Shown: one piece after another, positions 24,896-31,930 of the stretch
Position numbering within the stretch: position 1 is the first letter of the stretch
Layout: every line of letters starts with the position of its first letter
Source: Tannockella kyphosi
GTDB lineage: Bacteria > Bacillota_I > Bacilli_A > Erysipelotrichales > Coprobacillaceae
Direction: 5' to 3'
DNA: 32,000 nt
Assembly (NCBI RefSeq): GCF_021054785.1
Contig: NZ_CP088239.1
Span: 1,770,001 to 1,802,000 of the forward strand
Notes under the pieces: generated by a model
Told to the model about the DNA's origin: nothing
The model's database searches: none
Seen by the model: the letters and a program-made list of their open reading frames with translations, nothing else
Program-made: the position numbers and the translations under genes

Positions 24896-25748
24896 TGAAA
24901 AAATCCCCTCCTTCATCATTACTTACCCCTGCTACTTTATTACTATTTTCTTTAATTTTTCTTAATTCTCCAAAGATAACTAATGCAGCAATAGCAGCAC
25001 CAATAAATGCAATTTGTACTAAAGAAAATACTTTTGTAGATGAACTTGTTAATTCTACAGCACCATCAACAAGTGTTGCAGCTGTTGTATTATTGTAGAA
25101 TACGAAAGCTCCAAGTCCAAATCCTAAGAAATAATAAGGACATGTTTCTTTTTGCCATAATGTTTTTAATAATAAAGCTAACCCAAGTGCAGGTAACATA
25201 GCAGAAGCTACAGTCATTGAACTTTGTACCCATGCTGGAATTGCATTAATAAATGCTGATACTACATCTGTTCCTAAATAGATACATAAGAACCCTAATG
25301 TAAAATAACAACCATGGAATGCTATGAATTGAGCAATCCATAAATTTTTATATGCTTTGATATTTTTTTCATCGATATATCTTTCAAATGTAGCAACGAT
25401 TGAAGTAACAACAACTTTCATTGAAGAATATAACAATGTTCCTAATGCTGCAAGTGGCAATGCAAGAGTAACAGCAGCTGTTAAGTCTTCTCCTAATAAA
25501 AGTGCAAATGCAGCACCGAAGATTGATCCCAATGTGAAGTCACTTGGCATTACACCACCTAAACTTACATTTCCGATAAATACTAATTCTAATTGAGCTG
25601 CTAATATAATACCTTCTGTTGGATATCCTAAAAGCGCCCCTAATATTGATACGATAAAGATTGGTCTACTTAACTGAGTTTGACAATACCAATCTAAAAA
25701 CTTAGCTAAAGCTAATACAAAACCTACAATTAATGCATTTGTAATCAT
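24888..25748 (-). CDS. PTS mannose-family EIIC
   Basis: 286-aa polytopic protein placed between IIB and IID. Man-family IIC pattern. Confidence 0.8.
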   Translation of the reverse strand: MITNALIVGFVLALAKFLDWYCQTQLSRPIFIVSILGALLGYPTEGIILAAQLELVFIGNVSLGGVMPSDFTLGSIFGAAFALLLGEDLTAAVTLALPLAALGTLLYSSMKVVVTSIVATFERYIDEKNIKAYKNLWIAQFIAFHGCYFTLGFLCIYLGTDVVSAFINAIPAWVQSSMTVASAMLPALGLALLLKTLWQKETCPYYFLGFGLGAFVFYNNTTAATLVDGAVELTSSSTKVFSLVQIAFIGAAIAALVIFGELRKIKENSNKVAGVSNDEGGDFFND

Positions 25749-25749
25749 T

Positions 25750-26244
25750 TTAATTTCCTCCCATTAGTTCTTTAAATTTTTGACAATTACTACTTGGTAG
25801 TGGTTGGTGAATGATATCAATACCACATTCAAGAATTTCATTTACTACTTTAATATCTTCCTCTGTTAAATAAACAGATTCAGCAATTCTAGTTTTGCTT
25901 GATAAACTTTTACTTCCAATTCTTCCATAATTCGCAATATTTAATATTGGTTTGTCATCAATTAATTTAATGACTTCTAATAAATCTTTTGGATCATTTG
26001 AAATTACTAAGATCTTCATACTTGCAGATCTAGGATCTTTCAAAATCTCAGCTGCTTTGACAATTGGCAAGGCTACAGCTTTAACACCTGCAGGAGCAGC
26101 CATTTTTAAGGCACTCACTTGAATTGTATTACTTGCAATTTTATCACTAGCAACAATAATTCTTTGAATCTCTAATTCTTTTGACCACATCACGGCAACT
26201 TGCCCATGAATCAAACGGTCGTCAACGCGCATCATTGAAATCAT
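25750..26244 (-). CDS. PTS mannose/sorbose-family EIIB
   Basis: MISMMRVDDRLIHGQVAVMW carries the phospho-His motif of sorbose-type IIB. SD AGGAGG. Confidence 0.85.
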   Translation of the reverse strand: MISMMRVDDRLIHGQVAVMWSKELEIQRIIVASDKIASNTIQVSALKMAAPAGVKAVALPIVKAAEILKDPRSASMKILVISNDPKDLLEVIKLIDDKPILNIANYGRIGSKSLSSKTRIAESVYLTEEDIKVVNEILECGIDIIHQPLPSSNCQKFKELMGGN

Positions 26245-26255
26245 CTTTTTTCCTC

Positions 26256-26678
26256 CTAAAAAAAATCTTCATCATCAACTTGATCATTTGTTTCAATCTT
26301 TGAAATTTGGACTATCCCTTCTTTACAAAGATTAATTTTCTCATTGATTTGATCATCACTCATTGGTGCTGGAGCAAATAATAATTCAATTACTAACCCC
26401 ATGTTCATACCACTTACTAATTTAACATTAGGAAGTTCTAACAATGGAATGCATCCGTTACCAACACTCCCTCCGTATAAATCTGAAACAACAACATACT
26501 GTACGTTTGGATTGTCTGTCGCCATTTTTTCAATTTGATCGCTAACCACTGAGTCGTGTTCTCCTGGCATCATACTTAAAGATAGTAGTGATTCGTTTTC
26601 GCCAATAATCATTTTTAAGGAATGCGCCATTCCTTTACATAATTCTCCGTGCGATACCAAAACAACATTCTTTTTCAT
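26256..26678 (-). CDS. PTS mannose-family EIIA
   Basis: VVLVSHGELCKGM (active-site His near the N-terminus). 140 aa. SD AAGGAGG. Confidence 0.8.
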   Translation of the reverse strand: MKKNVVLVSHGELCKGMAHSLKMIIGENESLLSLSMMPGEHDSVVSDQIEKMATDNPNVQYVVVSDLYGGSVGNGCIPLLELPNVKLVSGMNMGLVIELLFAPAPMSDDQINEKINLCKEGIVQISKIETNDQVDDEDFF

Positions 26679-26701
26679 AAAAACCTCCTTTTTTCGTTAG
26701 T

Positions 26702-26713
26702 AAATCGGTTTAC
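26702..26713. promoter_or_regulatory. Operator-like site AAATCGGTTTAC in the PTS operon leader
   Basis: One mismatch from AAACCGGTTTAC at 26897..26908. Lies between the predicted -10 (26724..26729) and the RBS of EIIA. Confidence 0.5.
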
Positions 26714-26723
26714 CGGTAGTTCC

Positions 26724-26752
26724 ATCATACATCTAAGTGTAACCGTTGTCAA
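26724..26752 (-). promoter_or_regulatory. Sigma-A type promoter of the PTS/GH88 operon
   Basis: Minus strand reads TTGACA-17 nt-TATGAT (-35 at 26752..26747, -10 at 26729..26724), about 45 nt upstream of the EIIA ATG. Confidence 0.6.
26738..26751. promoter_or_regulatory. Catabolite-responsive element (cre, CcpA site)
   Basis: TGTAACCGTTGTCA fits TGWAANCGNTNWCA at every constrained position. It overlaps the -35/spacer of the PTS promoter. Confidence 0.6.
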
Positions 26753-26890
26753 TACTGATTTCAATTCTTTTGTTAAAATTTTCATTTATTTATTTAAGCC
26801 TATTTTGTATACACAAAGGTATATTTTAAACAATATATGGGTATTTAAGGCTATATATATCCTATTTTTGTTTAAAAATATTTTTATTTA

Positions 26891-26919
26891 TTGACAAAAC
26901 CGGTTTACTGAATTATTAT
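26891..26919 (+). promoter_or_regulatory. Sigma-A type promoter of the kduD-dhuI-kdgK-eda operon, with an embedded operator-like site
   Basis: TTGACA-17 nt-TATTAT. The spacer starts with AAACCGGTTTAC (26897..26908; 10-bp perfect palindrome AAACCGGTTT). Confidence 0.6.
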
Positions 26920-27023
26920 TAGTTATGTAGCTTGGTTGGTTATTAACGAATTGTTTATTAACATCCATAGCCTTTTATAAATTGTTATAAAATATAATAA
27001 AACAATAGAAATGGAGAAAGAAA

Positions 27024-27830
27024 ATGAACTTTGATATGAATAAATTTTCCTTGAATGGGAAAATAGCACTAGTAACTGGTGCATCGTATGGTATTGGTTT
27101 CTCACTTGCATGTGGCTTATCCCAAGCAGGTGCTACCGTTGTTTTCAATGATATTAACCAAGAATTAGTGGACAAAGGAATTGTTGCATATACAGCATTA
27201 GGAATTAATGCTCGTGGATTTGTTTGCGATGTTACTGATGAACAAAAGGTAAATGAAATGGTTAGTACGATCGAAAAAGAAATCGGTGTAATTGATATTC
27301 TTGTGAATAATGCAGGTATTATCAAACGAATCCCAATGTGTGAAATGAGTGCTGAAGATTTTAGAAAAGTGATAGATGTTGATTTAAATGCACCATTTAT
27401 TGTTGCAAAAGCAGTTATCCCATCAATGATTAAAAAAGGGAATGGAAAGATTATTAACCTTTGTTCTATGATGAGTGAATTAGGACGTGAAACAGTGAGT
27501 GCTTATGCCGCTGCTAAAGGTGGTCTTAAAATGTTAACAAAAAATATTGCATCAGAGTATGGGGAATTCAACATTCAATGTAATGGTATTGGTCCTGGAT
27601 ATATCGCAACTCCTCAAACTGCACCACTTAGAGAATTGCAAGAAGACGGAAGTAAACATCCATTTGATCAGTTTATTGTAGGAAAAACTCCTGCAGCTAG
27701 ATGGGGAGACCCTGAAGATTTAGTAGGTCCTGCTGTATTTTTAGCTAGTGAGGCTAGTGATTTTGTAAATGGACATATTTTATATGTAGATGGCGGGATT
27801 TTAGCCTATATCGGAAAACAACCAAAATAA
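27024..27830 (+). CDS. kduD: SDR-family 2-dehydro-3-deoxy-D-gluconate 5-dehydrogenase / DhuD-like reductase
   Basis: TGASYGIG cofactor motif and YAAAK catalytic motif. 268 aa. SD GGAGA. First gene of the uronate-catabolism operon. Confidence 0.8.
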   Translation: MNFDMNKFSLNGKIALVTGASYGIGFSLACGLSQAGATVVFNDINQELVDKGIVAYTALGINARGFVCDVTDEQKVNEMVSTIEKEIGVIDILVNNAGIIKRIPMCEMSAEDFRKVIDVDLNAPFIVAKAVIPSMIKKGNGKIINLCSMMSELGRETVSAYAAAKGGLKMLTKNIASEYGEFNIQCNGIGPGYIATPQTAPLRELQEDGSKHPFDQFIVGKTPAARWGDPEDLVGPAVFLASEASDFVNGHILYVDGGILAYIGKQPK

Positions 27831-27844
27831 GGAGAAAGAATATT

Positions 27845-28480
27845 ATGAAAATAGCTTTAATTAACGAAAATAGTCAAGCAGCAAAAAACAGTATTGTTTA
27901 TAATTGTTTACATACTGTTGCACAAAAAAAAGGATATGAAGTTTATAATTATGGAATGTATGGTATTGAAAATGAAAGTCAATTAACTTATGTACAAAAT
28001 GGTTTATTAGCAGCAATTTTATTAAATTCAAAAGCAGTTGATTTTGTAGTAACTGGATGTGGAACGGGTGCCGGAGCAATGGTTGCATTAAACAGCTTCC
28101 CAAATGTAGTTTGTGGTTTTGCAGCAGAACCAACTGATGCTTATCTTTTTTCACAAATCAATGGAGGGAATGCAATTTCTATTCCTTATGCAAAAGGTTT
28201 TGGATGGGGTGCTGAATTAAATTTAGAATTATTATTCACTCGTTTATTTGATGAACCAATGGGTGGTGGATATCCTAAAGAAAGAGTAATACCAGAACAA
28301 CGTAATGCTCGTATTTTAAATGAAGTGAAAAACATTACACACCGTGATATGTTAACTATTTTAAAAGAAATTGATCAAGATTTCTTAAAAGAAACTGTTG
28401 CTGGAGAAAAATTCCAAACTTATTTCTTTGAAAATTGTCAAGTACAAGAAATAGCTGATTATATCAAAGGTATCTTATAA
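27845..28480 (+). CDS. dhuI: RpiB/LacA/LacB-family isomerase (streptococcal DhuI-type 4-deoxy-L-threo-5-hexosulose-uronate isomerase)
   Basis: 211 aa. MKIALINENSQAAKN...VTGCGTGAGAM...GGNAISIPYAKGFGWGAEL matches my recollection of DhuI. Its position next to kduD/kdgK/eda fits. Confidence 0.7.
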   Translation: MKIALINENSQAAKNSIVYNCLHTVAQKKGYEVYNYGMYGIENESQLTYVQNGLLAAILLNSKAVDFVVTGCGTGAGAMVALNSFPNVVCGFAAEPTDAYLFSQINGGNAISIPYAKGFGWGAELNLELLFTRLFDEPMGGGYPKERVIPEQRNARILNEVKNITHRDMLTILKEIDQDFLKETVAGEKFQTYFFENCQVQEIADYIKGIL

Positions 28481-28495
28481 CATCAAACAATACTA

Positions 28496-28524
28496 AAAAG
28501 GTTATCTCACGATAACCTTTTTTA
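28496..28524 (+). terminator. Intra-operon stem-loop + T-tract between dhuI and kdgK
   Basis: AAAAGGTTATC-tcac-GATAACCTTTT followed by TT. Confidence 0.55.
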
Positions 28525-28540
28525 CAAGAAAGGAATTAGT

Positions 28541-29542
28541 ATGTCTAAAATATTATTATTTGGTGAGCCATTAATCCGTATTAGTCCAACCAATTATCAA
28601 TTGATTGGGGATAAGATGAATACGATGATGTATTATGGTGGTTCAGAAATTAACATTGCTAAAAATTTACAAGGATTACATATCATGACTAAAGTTTTTA
28701 CTGGACTTCCTAAAAATCCTATTGGAGAAAGTTTTTGTCAATATCTAAATCAATATCAAATTGATACTTCAAATATCCAATGGGTTGGAAATCGTGTTGG
28801 ATTATATTATCTAGAAGAGGGAGTCGGTTGTCGTCAAAGTGAAGTATACTACGATCGTAAGAACACAAGTATAGATGATATCGATATAGATACGCTTGAT
28901 ATGGATGCTTTATTTGAAGGAATTACTCATTTCCATTTTAGCGGCATTACAATTGCAGTATCTGTGCATGTACAAAACGTATTGGAATTGTTACTGATAG
29001 AAGCTAAAAAAAGAAACATTATAATTAGTATTGATTTAAATCTTCGTACAAAAATGATTTCTATTGAAGATGCTAAGAATCTATTTTCTAAGTTTGCTAG
29101 ATATGCGAATATTTGCTTTGGAATTGATCCAATAAAAGCGAATGAAAAAGATATAACTATGTTTGATCGATACAATGCATCAACAGATACTATTGAAAAA
29201 CGTATGCGTGAATTAAAAGAAGAGTATGCATTTGATGTCATTTTCCATACTATTAGAACAACAGATGAAAATGCTAGAAACGTTTATCAATGTTATGGTT
29301 TAAGCAATACATTTAAAGAGTCTATCTCATTGAAAACAGATGTGCTTCAACGCATTGGTAGTGGAGATGCTTTTGTTGCAGGAGCTCTATATAAAATAAT
29401 AAACCAATCACCCTTGCAAGAAACAATTGACTTTGCAGTGGCATCCGGCACCTATAAATGTACTGTTGATGGTGATAACATGAACGTTGACGCTTTAAAA
29501 ATTGACCAATTATTACATCAAAAACAAGATATTAATCGATAA
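28541..29542 (+). CDS. kdgK: PfkB-family 2-dehydro-3-deoxygluconokinase
   Basis: 333 aa. Ribokinase-like with C-terminal GSGDAFVAG. Context between dhuI and eda. Confidence 0.75.
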   Translation: MSKILLFGEPLIRISPTNYQLIGDKMNTMMYYGGSEINIAKNLQGLHIMTKVFTGLPKNPIGESFCQYLNQYQIDTSNIQWVGNRVGLYYLEEGVGCRQSEVYYDRKNTSIDDIDIDTLDMDALFEGITHFHFSGITIAVSVHVQNVLELLLIEAKKRNIIISIDLNLRTKMISIEDAKNLFSKFARYANICFGIDPIKANEKDITMFDRYNASTDTIEKRMRELKEEYAFDVIFHTIRTTDENARNVYQCYGLSNTFKESISLKTDVLQRIGSGDAFVAGALYKIINQSPLQETIDFAVASGTYKCTVDGDNMNVDALKIDQLLHQKQDINR

Positions 29543-29555
29543 AGGAGAAAATTTT

Positions 29556-30182
29556 ATGCATAAATTAGATGTATTATCAACATTAAGAAAACAAAAAGTT
29601 GTCGTAGTTGTTAGAGGCGATACCCAAGAAGAAGGGATAAATACTGCTATTGCTTGTATTGAAGGTGGCATTAAATCAATAGAAGTAGCTTATACTAACA
29701 GTAACGCTAGTAGCATTATAAAAGACCTAACAAAACAATATAAACAAGATATTGATGTTTGTATTGGTGCTGGAACTGTATTAGATGCCCCTACTGCAAA
29801 AGATGCGATTATGGCTGGAGCACAATATATTGTATCTCCAAGTTTTAACCTTGAAACAGCAATACTATGCAATCGCTATGCCATCCCTTATATTCCAGGA
29901 TGTATGACAATTACAGAAATTGTAACAGCTATGGAGAGCGGATCTAAAGTAATTAAATTATTTCCAGGTAGTGCCTTTTCACCAAAGTACATTAGTGCTA
30001 TTAAATCACCCCTACCACATGTTAGTATTATGGTTACAGGTGGTGTCAGCCTTGATAATGCCAAAGAGTGGTTTGATGCAGGAGTTGAAGTGATTGGAAT
30101 TGGTGGAGAGTTAAATACTTTAGCTAAAAAAGGTGATTTCGAAAAAATCACTGATTATGCTAGAATGTATGCTTCTTTATAA
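29556..30182 (+). CDS. eda: KDPG/KHG aldolase
   Basis: ATG 29556 follows AAAGGAGAA. Motifs VVVVRG, IEVAY, GAGTVL, and VIKLFPG (the expected position of the Schiff-base Lys). The track start at 29502 is rejected. Confidence 0.85.
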   Translation: MHKLDVLSTLRKQKVVVVVRGDTQEEGINTAIACIEGGIKSIEVAYTNSNASSIIKDLTKQYKQDIDVCIGAGTVLDAPTAKDAIMAGAQYIVSPSFNLETAILCNRYAIPYIPGCMTITEIVTAMESGSKVIKLFPGSAFSPKYISAIKSPLPHVSIMVTGGVSLDNAKEWFDAGVEVIGIGGELNTLAKKGDFEKITDYARMYASL

Positions 30183-30191
30183 ATAAGACTC

Positions 30192-30228
30192 AAAGGATTG
30201 TTTTGCATATGCAAAGCAATCCTTTTTT
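30192..30228. terminator. Bidirectional terminator between eda and the convergent DUF3791-like gene
   Basis: AAAGGATTGTTTTGCA-tat-GCAAAGCAATCCTTT (one G-U position) followed by TTT. Confidence 0.75.
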
Positions 30229-30235
30229 AGAATAA

Positions 30236-30721
30236 CTATTTATTTTCTCTGATTTTTTTAAAAATTTCATACTGCTTTTCCATTGTCTGTGTTTCGTTCA
30301 TCTGCAATCCTTTTGCTTCTAAAATACGCTCTATTGCTTGAGCTGGACTTAGTGTATGATAAGCAAAAAACAATTCCCGTAGTTCCTTTGGTTTTACAAT
30401 CTTATACACCTTTAATGAGGATAGTTCATAAGTATAAGAAAAATATCTATATAAATAACCTGTCCAGAACATTTCATCTTTTGAGTATTTCACTGAACCA
30501 TAATCAGTAGGAATATATTCTTCTTCTACTAATACATTAATGTCCTTAGCACGTATATTTGTTTCTAAAATACTTCCGTTATCTAATCTTTTCACACTTT
30601 TGCTATTCATAAATCTGCGAATAAATATCAAAGAACTACACATTAATTGGTTAACAGATTCCTCAAATGCATTCCCTTGTAATTCACACAAAAGCAAACC
30701 ATCTCTATCCATTTTCTTCAT
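30236..30721 (-). CDS. Hypothetical protein (161 aa), C-terminal half DUF3791-like
   Basis: SD GGTGG 5 nt before the ATG, 17 nt after the upstream stop. WTGYLYRYFSYTYELSSLKVYKIV...LFFAYHTLSPAQAIERI resembles the DUF3791 pattern (x-YK..., LHT...I..DI) that usually partners DUF3990. From memory only. Confidence 0.45.
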   Translation of the reverse strand: MKKMDRDGLLLCELQGNAFEESVNQLMCSSLIFIRRFMNSKSVKRLDNGSILETNIRAKDINVLVEEEYIPTDYGSVKYSKDEMFWTGYLYRYFSYTYELSSLKVYKIVKPKELRELFFAYHTLSPAQAIERILEAKGLQMNETQTMEKQYEIFKKIRENK

Positions 30722-30738
30722 ATTTCCACCTTTATTTC

Positions 30739-31593
30739 TTATTTAAACATTTCGTCAATATACATTCCTTTTCCTCTATAACTAATTTTTGCCAATTTCA
30801 CTTTATCTAAACCTAGTTTAGTCTCCGCTCTTCTGATTTTATTATAATATTCCCTTTCACTTTGACACATGTATACTCGCTCTAACATCCTCACCTGTGA
30901 AATAGCTTTCTCACTAATAAAAACATACTGTTTTCCTAAATTAGTAGCTGCTAAAGAATGTTGACACTGCTCCACCGTAATTTCTCCTTGAACAAAAGAA
31001 TCAATTATTTGAAACATTCTATTATCAGCTATAGGAGCTATAATATAGTCACATTCTCTTGCATGTTTAATAATCTCTCTTACTATTTTATGATCCTTAT
31101 ACTCCTCTAAAGCTCCCCTATAATAAGCTATCGCCATCATCCACTCTTGATCCACAATATATTCCTTCGCCTTTAGACCATTCCTATTAAAATCTAAAAA
31201 ATATACAGAAGAATTATCATATCCAGATACAAATGATACAGCTTGTTCATAGGTTTCCCCTGTATAAAAGCCACTCCCAAAATCATTATTTGATCTTCCA
31301 ACACAAATACTTAATTCACCATTCACTATATTTTTAGATCCATGAAATAATAATTGATGATTTTTCTCTTTCTTCTCTTGCCAAAACATTTCTTTTAAGC
31401 GATTTAATTGGATTCCTTTATTAAAAGCAAACTCATATAATTTCTCCATAAATTGTGCGGAGGGCTTTGTTTTTTGAATCTCACTTCTTGAAATTGTTAC
31501 CTGTTCTACATTTATCAACTCAGCCAACTCAGCTTGCGTCAACCCTAAAAGTTCTCGTACTGCACGTAAATCTTCTGCAAACTTATATTCCAT
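30739..31593 (-). CDS. XRE-family HTH fused to a DUF3990 domain (ADP-ribosyltransferase-like fold)
   Basis: N-terminus LRAVRELLGLTQAELAELINVEQVTISRSE (HTH_3). Then LLFHGS, DFGSGFYTGE, DYIIAPIADNRMF and QYVFISEKA, the DUF3990 hallmark blocks. SD GGGAG. Confidence 0.7.
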   Translation of the reverse strand: MEYKFAEDLRAVRELLGLTQAELAELINVEQVTISRSEIQKTKPSAQFMEKLYEFAFNKGIQLNRLKEMFWQEKKEKNHQLLFHGSKNIVNGELSICVGRSNNDFGSGFYTGETYEQAVSFVSGYDNSSVYFLDFNRNGLKAKEYIVDQEWMMAIAYYRGALEEYKDHKIVREIIKHARECDYIIAPIADNRMFQIIDSFVQGEITVEQCQHSLAATNLGKQYVFISEKAISQVRMLERVYMCQSEREYYNKIRRAETKLGLDKVKLAKISYRGKGMYIDEMFK

Positions 31594-31614
31594 GTAATCA
31601 CTCCCTTTTATAAC

Positions 31615-31696
31615 TTATTTATATCACATTACTTAAACAAGTTCAACTTAAACTTCTTTATATCATATTACTTAAATAAGTTTAGATAAAACTTTC
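31615..31696. repeat. Two tandem direct repeats of period 39 bp upstream of the HTH-DUF3990 gene
   Basis: 31615..31653 and 31654..31692 are identical at 32 of 39 positions. The 26-nt core TTTATATCAYATTACTTAAAYAAGTT has 2 mismatches. Starts 22 nt upstream of ATG 31593. Confidence 0.8.
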
Positions 31697-31717
31697 TATT
31701 TAAATTTCTATTTTCAA

Positions 31718-31930
31718 CTAGCACTTACTTTTTTGGAGATCAATCATTGTTTTATACTCACCTTGTTCTTTTATTACATCATCCTGTTTCCTCATTTGAG
31801 AAACTTTTCCTTCTTTTAATAAAACTATTTTATTAGCCTAGCAATACATTCTATATGTTATTACCAATACTGTTTTATCTTTAGTATATCTTATAAAACA
31901 CCAAAATATCTCCTTCATTATGTTCTGTAA
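31718..31930 (-). pseudogene. Decayed C-terminal remnant of an ABC-transporter ATPase domain
   Basis: Minus strand reads LQNIMKEIFWCFIRYTKDKTVLVITYRMYC-TAG-ANKIVLLKEGKVSQMRKQDDVIKEQGEYKTMIDLQKSKC-stop. It resembles ...GKTVIVIAHRLSTI..ADKIVVL..GKV.E.G.H.EL....G.Y..M...Q, with the H-loop His replaced by Tyr, a short deletion and an internal stop. Confidence 0.55.

Noticed and set aside
24414-25596. Plus-strand ORFs 24414..24686, 24895..25098 and 25357..25596, antisense to the PTS IID/IIC genes
   Set aside because: They lie entirely inside well-supported minus-strand membrane-protein genes. They have no SD and their composition is a mirror of hydrophobic codons, which is typical of shadow ORFs.
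26649-27325. ORFs 26649..26894 (+), 26923..27111 (-) and 26975..27325 (-) in and around the divergent promoter region
   Set aside because: They span the intergenic promoter/operator region or run antisense to kduD. They have low-complexity AT-rich translations and no RBS. The region is better explained by two promoters, operator-like sites and a cre.
27861-30151. Minus-strand ORFs 27861..28154, 28927..29241, 29690..29872 and 29888..30151
   Set aside because: They are antisense to the confidently identified dhuI, kdgK and eda genes. No motifs and no RBS.
30283-30746. ORFs 30283..30510 and 30540..30746 (+)
   Set aside because: They are antisense to the DUF3791-like gene, with no SD and low-complexity products.
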